Shown here piece by piece: positions 15,886 through 23,299 of a DNA stretch of 26,050 nt. Under the pieces are notes generated by a model. It was not told where the DNA came from. It searched no databases and saw only the letters and a program-made list of their open reading frames with translations. The position numbers and the translations under genes are program-made. The DNA comes from Deltaproteobacteria bacterium. GTDB taxonomy: Bacteria > Desulfobacterota > Binatia > Binatales > Binataceae. The stretch covers positions 1-26,050 of the forward strand of contig DAHZDR010000164.1 in assembly GCA_027403435.1 (NCBI GenBank), given 5' to 3'. Position 1 is the stretch's first letter, and every line of letters begins with the position of its first letter.

Positions 15886-16830
15886 TCAGTCCGCGGCGAA
15901 GCCGAGTTCGCGCCGGAAATGTTCCATCGTGGCCTTGAGGCCATCGCGCAAGCTGGTCTTTGGCTCCCATCCGAGGACCCGCCGGGCGAGCGTGATATCC
16001 GGACGGCGGCGAATCGGATCGTCGGGACGCGCGGGATGAAACTCAAGGCCGGTGGAATTGCCCGCGTATTCCAGCGTGAGCTTCGCCAAATCGAGAATCG
16101 TGAATTCGTCCGGATTGCCAATGTTGACCGGGCCGGTGAAGCCGGCCTCGGTGTTCATCATCCGCACGATCGCGTCGATAATGTCGGGGACGAAGGCGAA
16201 CGAGCGCGTCTGCTGGCCGTCGCCGTAAATCGGCAGCTTTTCGCCCTTGAGCGCCGCGACGCAGAAATTCGACACCACGCGCCCGTCGTTGATCGCCATC
16301 CGCGGCCCGTAGGTGTTGAAGATGCGCACGATCTTGATGTCAACCTTGTTCTGCCGGTGATAGTCCATCATCAGGCATTCGGCGACGCGCTTGCCTTCGT
16401 CGTAGCAGGAGCGCACGCCGATCGGATTGACGTGTCCCCAGTAGCTTTCGGTCTGCGGATGCTGCTCCGGGTCGCCATAGACCTCGCTGGTGGAAGTCAG
16501 CAGGATGCGGGCGTGGACGCGCTTGGCCAAGCCGAGCATGTTAATCGCGCCCATCACGCTGGTCTTGATCGTTTTGACCGGATTGTACTGGTAATGCACC
16601 GGCGACGCGGGGCAGGCCAGATGATAGATCCGATCAACTTCGAGCAGGATCGGCTCGACGATGTCGTGGCGGATAATTTCGAAATTCGGCTTGCCGATCA
16701 GATGGCGGATATTCGCGCGTTTGCCGCTGAAGAAATTATCGAGGCAAACGACCTCGTCGCCGTCAGTGAGCAGACGCTCGCATAGATGGGAGCCGAGAAA
16801 TCCCGCGCCGCCGGTCACCAGTGTTCGCAA
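15886..16830 (-). CDS. UDP-glucuronic acid decarboxylase (UDP-xylose synthase family), about 314 aa
   Basis: [55 protein letters not shown] and [10 protein letters not shown]. Probable TTG start at 16830 (MRTLVTGG), 6 nt after AAAGGAAG. Confidence 0.95.
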   Translation of the reverse strand: MRTLVTGGAGFLGSHLCERLLTDGDEVVCLDNFFSGKRANIRHLIGKPNFEIIRHDIVEPILLEVDRIYHLACPASPVHYQYNPVKTIKTSVMGAINMLGLAKRVHARILLTSTSEVYGDPEQHPQTESYWGHVNPIGVRSCYDEGKRVAECLMMDYHRQNKVDIKIVRIFNTYGPRMAINDGRVVSNFCVAALKGEKLPIYGDGQQTRSFAFVPDIIDAIVRMMNTEAGFTGPVNIGNPDEFTILDLAKLTLEYAGNSTGLEFHPARPDDPIRRRPDITLARRVLGWEPKTSLRDGLKATMEHFRRELGFAAD

Positions 16831-16917
16831 ATCATTCTTCCTTTGGCGCAAGCATAGGCGATTGCGCCGCCGCGCGGAAGGCGGCGATGTCCAGGCGGCC
16901 GCGGACGGCGGGACATC

Positions 16918-18099
16918 CTAGCGGCGATTCCCGCTGGCGGCCGCGCGCACCGTTTCGATTACATAGGCGACGTCTTCGTCGCTCATCGCGGGGAAAATCG
17001 GCAGCGACAGGCAGCGGCTGTACACGTCCTCCGCGACCGGAAACTGGCCCGCGCGATAGCCATAACGCCGCTGGTAGAAGTGCATCGTATGGAGCGGGAT
17101 GCAATGCACCGACGTGCCGACGCCGCGTTCGCGCAGAATCTCGATAAAGCGGTTGCGATCGATCTTCAACGCTTCCGTGCGCAGGCGCAGCACGTAGAGA
17201 TGCCAGGCGTGCTCGACGCCGGCCTCGGTCACGGGAATTTGCAGCGCCGGATCATCGCCGAACGCCGCGTTATAAGCCCGCGCGATCGCCTGCCGCCGCC
17301 GCGTCAGTTCGTCGGCGCGGCGCAATTGCGCAAGCCCGATCGCGGAATGGATGTCCGAAAGATTGTACTTGAAGCCGGTGTCGTGGATTTCGTAAAACCA
17401 CGAGCCGCTGGAGTCGTAGCGCTTCCACGCGTCGCGATCCATGCCGTGCAGGCTGGCCACCGCGATTTTCGCCGCGAGCGCGTCGTCCTCGGTCGTGATC
17501 ATTCCGCCTTCGGCGCTGGTGATATTTTTGGTCGCGTAAAAGCTGAAACAACTCAGATCGCCGATCGTTCCGATCCGCGTCATGCCGCGCCCTGCGAGCG
17601 TTCGCGCCGAGCCGACCGCGTGGGCCGCGTCTTCGATCACGCGCAGGTGATGGCGGCGCGCCAGCGCCAGGATGCGATCCATGTCGCACGCCTGACCGGC
17701 GAAATGCACCGGCATGATCGCGCGCACGTCGCGCGCCGCTTCGCCCGCCAGCGCCTGTTCGATCTTGGCCGGGTCGATATTGAACGTGTCCGGTTCGATA
17801 TCGACGAAGATCGGCCGCGCGCCGAGATAGCCCATCACTTCCGCGGTCGCGGTGAAGGTAAACGGCGTCGTGATGATCGCGTCGCCCGGACCGATGCCGA
17901 TCGCGAACAGCGCCAGATGGAGCGCGCCGGTGCAATGCGCCACCGCGAGCGCGTTGCGCGCGCCGACGTACTCCGCGAATTCACGCTCGAAGCGCTTGGT
18001 GCGCGGGCCGGTCGTGATCCATCCCGAGCGCAGCGCTTCGATAACTTCGCGCTCTTCGTCCGGGCCGATTGCGGGCCGATGAAAGGGAACTTGACGCAT
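16918..18099 (-). CDS. DegT/DnrJ/EryC1/StrS family PLP-dependent sugar aminotransferase (ArnB/SpsC-like), 393 aa
   Basis: LRSGWITTGP, IEDAAHA, SFYATKNITSAEGGM (PLP lysine), GFKYNLSD and LSLPIFP. Confidence 0.95.
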   Translation of the reverse strand: MRQVPFHRPAIGPDEEREVIEALRSGWITTGPRTKRFEREFAEYVGARNALAVAHCTGALHLALFAIGIGPGDAIITTPFTFTATAEVMGYLGARPIFVDIEPDTFNIDPAKIEQALAGEAARDVRAIMPVHFAGQACDMDRILALARRHHLRVIEDAAHAVGSARTLAGRGMTRIGTIGDLSCFSFYATKNITSAEGGMITTEDDALAAKIAVASLHGMDRDAWKRYDSSGSWFYEIHDTGFKYNLSDIHSAIGLAQLRRADELTRRRQAIARAYNAAFGDDPALQIPVTEAGVEHAWHLYVLRLRTEALKIDRNRFIEILRERGVGTSVHCIPLHTMHFYQRRYGYRAGQFPVAEDVYSRCLSLPIFPAMSDEDVAYVIETVRAAASGNRR

Positions 18100-18163
18100 A
18101 AGCTGAATCGTCGCGAATTACCGGCCGGCGGCCGCGGCGGCTTCCGGAGCGCGGAACGCGACA

Positions 18164-18189
18164 CGGATTCGCGCCGCGGCGCGAATCCG
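18164..18189. repeat. Perfect 26-bp palindrome CGGATTCGCGCCGCGGCGCGAATCCG
   Basis: Read directly from the sequence, and self-complementary over its full length. It lies between the L,D-transpeptidase and aminotransferase genes. Confidence 0.85.
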
Positions 18190-18218
18190 CGGGCGGCGCA
18201 TGCTGGCGATGGCGCCGT

Positions 18219-19349
18219 TCACGGCGCGCTCACATGCGTCCAATTGTCGGGCGCGGGCGCGGGCGCGGCGGCGGCGCGGGCCGATTCGCTCCCGGCGGCC
18301 GTCACCGCGGGCGCGGCGATCGGCATCGCGGACGGCTCGGCGCTCAACCCCACATAGGTCGGCACGCCGGACTTCTCTTCCACCGCTTTTTCGAGCTTAT
18401 CCATGTCGATATCTCCGGTGAGGCCGCGCCGCTTGGCCTCGCCGCGCGCGTAGTTCCACAAGCCGGGATATTTGCCGTACAAATCCTCGTGAACTTCGAC
18501 GTAGAGCGCGCCGCCGCGCCATCCGAACTTGATCGGCTGATAGACGAATATGCCCGGCGTGCCGACCGGCACCTTATGAAACAACCGTTTGATATCTTCC
18601 GGATACAGCCGAACGCATCCGTGGCTCACCGTCATCCCGACGCCCCACGGCACGTTGGTGCCATGCAGGCCGTACTCCGGGATGCTGAGGTCGAGCTTGT
18701 AGTGGCCGAGGGGATTGTCCGGTCCGCCGCCGGGAATGACGTGCTCGGCCTCGCCGTCGCGCTCCAGATGCTCTTCGTAGATATCTTGCGGCAGGACCCA
18801 GGCCGGGTCTTTGACCTTGGCCGTGACGGTCCATTTGCCGATCGGGGTTCTCCAATCGAAACGGCCCAGACCGACCGGAAAAGTATAGACCACGCGGCCG
18901 CTCCGATAGGCCGCCGGCCTCAACCTGGTTTTCCCGTGATAGCGGCGGTACACCGACGAAGGATAATAGTAATAAAGCCGCATCTCGGGGATATTCATCA
19001 CGAGTCCGTTGTACGCGGCGTCCGGCAGAATATGCTCGGTCGGCAGCACAATCACGGCGCCCGGCGGCGGCAGCCACCAGTCCATATGATGATTGGCGTC
19101 GGAAATTTCCTTGGCGCTAAGTCCGAACCAGCGGCCGACGTCGAGCAGGGTGTCGCCGCGCTGGATTTTGTAGGTCGTGAGCGTGCCGATAATGTCGTCA
19201 CGGCCTTCGGGCAGCGGATAGGCGTATAGCGGACGGCTGGCGAAGTCGGCGTCGCGCCAGGTGTGGGCCAGGACCGGAACCGCGCAGGCCGTCACCGCCA
19301 CGATTAACGCCGCCAGCCAGACAAACGATTTTTTGGTCATGGCTTTCAC
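18219..19349 (-). CDS. LysM-containing L,D-transpeptidase (ErfK/YbiS/YcfS/YnhG family), about 373-376 aa
   Basis: Signal peptide, LysM (YKIQRGDTLLDVGRWFG), MNIPEMRLYYY, FPVGLGR, NPLG and catalytic GLHGT...SHGCVRL, plus a C-terminal LYVEVH domain. Start is GTG 19349 or ATG 19340. Confidence 0.95.
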   Translation of the reverse strand: MKAMTKKSFVWLAALIVAVTACAVPVLAHTWRDADFASRPLYAYPLPEGRDDIIGTLTTYKIQRGDTLLDVGRWFGLSAKEISDANHHMDWWLPPPGAVIVLPTEHILPDAAYNGLVMNIPEMRLYYYYPSSVYRRYHGKTRLRPAAYRSGRVVYTFPVGLGRFDWRTPIGKWTVTAKVKDPAWVLPQDIYEEHLERDGEAEHVIPGGGPDNPLGHYKLDLSIPEYGLHGTNVPWGVGMTVSHGCVRLYPEDIKRLFHKVPVGTPGIFVYQPIKFGWRGGALYVEVHEDLYGKYPGLWNYARGEAKRRGLTGDIDMDKLEKAVEEKSGVPTYVGLSAEPSAMPIAAPAVTAAGSESARAAAAPAPAPDNWTHVSAP

Positions 19350-19359
19350 GCTGGAACTT

Positions 19360-19385
19360 GTCTCGCGCGCGGCGGCGCGCGAGAC
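19360..19385. repeat. Hairpin GTCTCGCGCGC-ggcg-GCGCGCGAGAC in the predicted 5' UTR of the L,D-transpeptidase
   Basis: Perfect 11-bp stem with a 4-nt loop, ending 10 nt before the GTG. Confidence 0.75.
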
Positions 19386-19406
19386 CTGCGGCGCCGCCGC
19401 CGCTAA

Positions 19407-19452
19407 GGAAATTCTATAGGGAAATTCTAAGGGATGCGGCGTTAGTCGGCAA
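19407..19452 (-). promoter_or_regulatory. Sigma70 promoter TTGCCG-N17-TAGAAT with a tandem TAGAATTTCC direct repeat
   Basis: -35 at 19452-19447 (inside the pcrA 3' end) and -10 at 19429-19424. The 10-mer repeats at 19429-19420 and 19416-19407. Confidence 0.55.
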
Positions 19453-21637
19453 CGGGCCGCAAATTGGCGAACTTGACCACCAGCAGCTTGAGTCCGGCGC
19501 GGTCGAAATTGACCCAGACCTTGGCGGTTTCGCCACGCCCCTCGCGCCGGCGAATCACGCCCCGGCCGAAAGTCAGATGCTGCACGCGCGCGCCGACCGC
19601 CATATGCGCTTCGCCGCCGGCGCCGTCGTCTTCCGCGATCTGGCTGTCGGCGTAATCGACGTAGGGCTCGCGCGAAGGCGTTTGTAAGACCGGCCGCGGC
19701 GCCCTTTCGGGGACGATCCGCCGCAACAATCCGGGGTCGATTTCAGCCAGAAAGCGCGAGGGCCGCGCCTCCTGCCGATTCCCGTACAGCTCCCGCGAGA
19801 GCGTATTGCTGAGATAGAGCAGGCGGCGCGCCCGCGTCATCCCGACGTAGCAGAGCCGCCGTTCCTCCTCGATTTCGCGCTCGTTGTCCCGCGCGCGCAT
19901 GTGCGGGAACAAACCCTCTTCCATGCCGGCGATAAACGCCACCGGATACTCAAGGCCTTTTGACGTATGCAGCGTCATCAGGGCGACGCGGCCGCCGGCG
20001 GCCTGGATCTGATCGCTGTCGTTGACCAGCGCGATCCGCTCGAGGAACTCGCCGAGCCCGCCCGGTCCGTGTTCGGCGTCGAAGGCGCTGGCCGCGGCGA
20101 GCAGCTCCGCGACGTTTTGCCGGCGCGCGGCGCCGTCGATCATCGCGTCGAGATGGGCGGCGAAGCCGCTGCGCTCGATTACCTGGTCGAGCAACGCGCG
20201 GACGCCGGTTGCGGGCGCGCGCGCGATCAACTCCCGCATCCAGGAGTAAAGTTCGCCGGCGGCCTTGGCGATCCGCAGGGCGACGTTCGATTCGCTTTCG
20301 AGGCGGCCCAGCGCCTCGCAAGCCGAAATCGCGTCGCGCGCGGCGATCGCCGCGATCGTCTCGATCGTTTTCGCGCCGATTCCGCGCGTTGGCGCGCCCA
20401 CCATCCGTTCCAGGCCGACCGCGTCGGCGGGATTCAGAATTACCCGCAAATAGGCGAGTAAATCCTTGATTTCCCGATGATCGTAAAAGCGCAAGCCGCC
20501 GACGATATAGTACGGCACCCGCCGCCGCACCAGCGCCTCTTCGATTACGCGCGACTGCGCATTGACGCGGTAGAAGACCACAATCTCGGCGTGGCGCGCG
20601 GTTCCCGCCGCGGTCAGCCGCGCGATTTCGCGGGCGATGAAATCGGCTTCGTCGCGCTCGGTCAGGCCGGTGTGGTAAGTGACCGGATCGCCGCCGGCGT
20701 TTTCGGTCCACAGACGCTTGGCCTTGCGTTCGCGGTTGTTTTGAATCACCGCGTCGGCCGCGGCCAGAATCGTTTTGGTCGATCGGTAGTTCTGTTCGAG
20801 CTTGAAAATCCGCGCGTTCGGATAGTCGCGTTCGAAATCCAGGATGTTGCCGATATCCGCGCCGCGCCATCGATAGATCGATTGGTCTTCGTCGCCGACC
20901 ACGCAGAGATTGCCGGTCGCCGCCGCGAGCAGGCGCACCATCAGGTACTGCACCCGGTTGGTGTCCTGATATTCGTCCACCAGCAGATGCGCCGCGCGTT
21001 CCTGCCATCGCTGGAGCGCGGCGGGATGGTCGCGCAGGAGCTGGTAGGCGCGCAGCAGCAGTCCGCCGAAGTCGATCGCGTTCATCGCGGCCAGCCGCGC
21101 TTCGTAAAGCGCGTAAATCTGGGCGACCACGCGATCGCGTCCGTCGGCGGCGTTCGCGGCGAGATCGGCGGGCGTCAGCGCCTCGTTCTTCGCCTGATCG
21201 ATCCGGGCGCGCATCAGTTCCGGCGGCGGCGAATCGGCGAGCTGCGCCTCTTCCAGCACGCGCCGGATCGCCGTCATCGTGTCGCCGTCGTCCAGAATCG
21301 TGAAATTGCGATCGTGGCCCGCGCCCAGCAGCGCCGCTTCCATCCGCAGGATTCGCGCGCAGGCCGAGTGGAACGTGCTGACGGCGGGCATCCGCTGGTC
21401 CGCGCCGGTCAGGCCGGCGACCCGCTCGCGCATTTCGCCGGCGGCCTTGTTGGTGAAGGTTACGGCCATGATCCGGCCGGGCGCGACGCCGCGTTCGGCG
21501 ATCATGTGCGCAATTCGATAGGTCAGAACGCGCGTCTTGCCGGAGCCGGCGCCGGCCAATATCAATATCGGACCGTCCGGAGCGAGCACCGCCTCGCGCT
21601 GGACGGAATTCAGATCGTCGAGCTTCAAAGATGACAT
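19442..21637 (-). CDS. pcrA: ATP-dependent DNA helicase PcrA/UvrD (SF1A), 731 aa
   Basis: GAGSGKT, VTFTNKAA, VDEYQD, VGDEDQSIYRWRGA, LEQNYRS, YRVNAQSR, TLHTSKGLEY and EERRLCYVGMTRA, plus a C-terminal Tudor-like VGARVQHLTFGRG domain. True start MSSLKLDDLN; the 989-aa track ORF is over-extended. Confidence 0.96.
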   Translation of the reverse strand: MSSLKLDDLNSVQREAVLAPDGPILILAGAGSGKTRVLTYRIAHMIAERGVAPGRIMAVTFTNKAAGEMRERVAGLTGADQRMPAVSTFHSACARILRMEAALLGAGHDRNFTILDDGDTMTAIRRVLEEAQLADSPPPELMRARIDQAKNEALTPADLAANAADGRDRVVAQIYALYEARLAAMNAIDFGGLLLRAYQLLRDHPAALQRWQERAAHLLVDEYQDTNRVQYLMVRLLAAATGNLCVVGDEDQSIYRWRGADIGNILDFERDYPNARIFKLEQNYRSTKTILAAADAVIQNNRERKAKRLWTENAGGDPVTYHTGLTERDEADFIAREIARLTAAGTARHAEIVVFYRVNAQSRVIEEALVRRRVPYYIVGGLRFYDHREIKDLLAYLRVILNPADAVGLERMVGAPTRGIGAKTIETIAAIAARDAISACEALGRLESESNVALRIAKAAGELYSWMRELIARAPATGVRALLDQVIERSGFAAHLDAMIDGAARRQNVAELLAAASAFDAEHGPGGLGEFLERIALVNDSDQIQAAGGRVALMTLHTSKGLEYPVAFIAGMEEGLFPHMRARDNEREIEEERRLCYVGMTRARRLLYLSNTLSRELYGNRQEARPSRFLAEIDPGLLRRIVPERAPRPVLQTPSREPYVDYADSQIAEDDGAGGEAHMAVGARVQHLTFGRGVIRRREGRGETAKVWVNFDRAGLKLLVVKFANLRPVAD

Positions 21638-21702
21638 TACGGTAAGATTAAGCAGGTCAATGAAACGAACGGGACATGTGCAGAATACCGGCTTCGCGCG
21701 GC

Positions 21703-21766
21703 CGCGGAAAGTCCGCGGCGGAAATCGCGCCGAACGGCCGCGCGCCGGCGCCGCGGACTTTCCGCG
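21703..21766. repeat. 18-bp perfect inverted repeat with 28-nt spacer in the divergent pcrA/rlmE intergenic region
   Basis: CGCGGAAAGTCCGCGGCG (21703-21720) and CGCCGCGGACTTTCCGCG (21749-21766). Confidence 0.85.
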
Positions 21767-21781
21767 CGGGAGCCGACCCTG

Positions 21782-22384
21782 ATGGCGCGTTACCAGCCGC
21801 GGGACAAATATTATTGGCGCGCCCGCGACCGCGGCTTGCCGTCGCGCGCCGCCTTCAAGCTCGACGAGCTGCTGGCGCGCCATCGGCTGATTCGTCCCGG
21901 CGGGCGGGTGATCGATTTGGGCTGCGCCCCGGGCGGATGGCTCGCGGTGCTGGCCGCGGCGATTGGCGCCGGCGGCCGGGTGGTCGGAATCGATTTGGCG
22001 CCGTCGCGCGTCGCGGCCGCAAACGTGATTGCGCTGACCGGCGATCTCAACGATCCCGCCGTTCAGGCCCAGGCGATCGTCCGTCTCGGCGGGCCGGCCG
22101 ACCTCGTCACCTCGGACCTGTCGCCGAAATTGAGCGGCGTCGCCGACCGCGATCAGGCGCGTTCGGCGGAGTTGTTGAGGGCGGCGTTGGAGTTCGCCCG
22201 CGCCGCGCTGAAGCCGGACGGCGCGATGGTTGCGAAGGCGTTTATGGGCGGGGCGTTCGACGAAATTTCCGCCGCTTTTCGCGCGGCCTTCGCCCGCCTC
22301 GAACTTACTCGTCCGCGCGCCAGCCGTCCCGGCTCGGCGGAAATTTATCTGGTCGCGACCGGCCATCGCCCGCCGCCGTCTTGA
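21782..22384 (+). CDS. rlmE: 23S rRNA (uridine-2552-2'-O)-methyltransferase RlmE/FtsJ, 200 aa
   Basis: SRAAFKL, VIDLGCAPGGW, SDLSP, AKAFMG and SAEIY give an intact K-D-K-E tetrad. GGGAG RBS at 21768-21772. Confidence 0.95.
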   Translation: MARYQPRDKYYWRARDRGLPSRAAFKLDELLARHRLIRPGGRVIDLGCAPGGWLAVLAAAIGAGGRVVGIDLAPSRVAAANVIALTGDLNDPAVQAQAIVRLGGPADLVTSDLSPKLSGVADRDQARSAELLRAALEFARAALKPDGAMVAKAFMGGAFDEISAAFRAAFARLELTRPRASRPGSAEIYLVATGHRPPPS

Positions 22385-22404
22385 CCGCCGGCGCGGTTCT
22401 CCGC

Positions 22405-22434
22405 TTGGCATCGCCCGTTTTGCGCGCGTAAGCT
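22405..22434 (+). promoter_or_regulatory. Candidate sigma70 promoter TTGGCA-N18-TAAGCT for the DUF151-PDZ gene
   Basis: Hexamers at 22405-22410 and 22429-22434 in the 65-bp gap after rlmE. Confidence 0.35.
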
Positions 22435-22449
22435 CGGTTGTAGTTATAG

Positions 22450-23274
22450 ATGACGATGGCGTCCCGCTTAATCCATACGCTGGCGCCGCTCGCAGCGGCG
22501 ATCCTGATCGCTTCGTGCGCCCTCGTCTCGTGCGTGCGTGACGGCGCCGGCCGCCAACCGTCCGCCGACGCCGCCGTGACGGTGAAAGTCGCGCGCGTCG
22601 GTTTCGACCAGGACGCGGGAGAGCATTACGTGATGTTGCTGGATCGGCGCGGCGCTCGCGGCCTGGAAATCATGATTGGTCCCGAGGAGGCCCGTTCGAT
22701 TCTATTCGAGCTTAATGGCGTCAAGCCGCAACGTCCGTTGGCCGACGACCTCTTGCGCGCGATCGTCGAACGCACTGGCGTCCATGTGACGCGCGTGGAG
22801 ATTACGAGCGTGCGCGACGCAACTTACCACGCGGCGATTCAGCTTGACGGCCAGCAACGTCCGATCGACAGCCGTCCGAGCGACGCGATCGCGCTGGCGC
22901 TTGGCGTCGGCGCGCCCATCTACGTCGCGGCGCGCCTGATGCGTCCGCGGGCGCCGGCCGCGGACGCGGCGCCAGCGACGGTTCGCGCCGCCGGCGTGAC
23001 CGTTCAGGAACTCACGCCCGATCTCGCCGGCTATTTCGCCGTCGCACCGAACCGCGGCGTGCTGATTGCGGATTTCGCCGCGGTCGGCGCGCAATCCGGA
23101 TTGCGCCGGGGCGATATCGTCACGGCGATCGACGGCCGCCCGATCCATACCCTCGACGCCTTTGCCCATGCCGCCGCGCGGGCGAAATCGCCCCTCGTTT
23201 TGACCGTTTACCGCGACGGCCGTGCGCTTTCGATCACGCTGGCGCCGACCGCCGCGGCCGCCGCCGCGCACTAA
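22450..23274 (+). CDS. Predicted lipoprotein with a DUF151 (bifunctional nuclease, BFN) domain and a C-terminal PDZ domain, about 272-274 aa
   Basis: Hydrophobic N-terminus with lipoboxes IASC and LVSC. DUF151 motifs IMIGPEEARSI, RPLADDL and IDSRPSDAIALA...APIYV. HtrA-like PDZ GVTVQELTPDLA...GVLI...GLRRGDIVTAIDG...LTVYRDG. Confidence 0.85.
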   Translation: MTMASRLIHTLAPLAAAILIASCALVSCVRDGAGRQPSADAAVTVKVARVGFDQDAGEHYVMLLDRRGARGLEIMIGPEEARSILFELNGVKPQRPLADDLLRAIVERTGVHVTRVEITSVRDATYHAAIQLDGQQRPIDSRPSDAIALALGVGAPIYVAARLMRPRAPAADAAPATVRAAGVTVQELTPDLAGYFAVAPNRGVLIADFAAVGAQSGLRRGDIVTAIDGRPIHTLDAFAHAAARAKSPLVLTVYRDGRALSITLAPTAAAAAAH

Positions 23275-23299
23275 GTCCTGGGCGGACGGGGACGGGCGG

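Noticed and set aside
19353-19359. Perfect sigmaE -35 GGAACTT on the plus strand, and GAATTT hexamers within the LDT direct repeat
   Set aside because: None has a (G)TC-type -10 at 16-nt spacing, so I did not count them in the proposed ECF regulon.
19442-22411. 989-aa ORF suggesting a PcrA with a 258-aa N-terminal extension overlapping rlmE antisense
   Set aside because: The extension is Arg/Gly/Ala-rich junk from the antisense of rlmE and the intergenic region. Helicase homology starts at MSSLKLDDLN (21637). Stop-free shadow frames are expected at this GC content.
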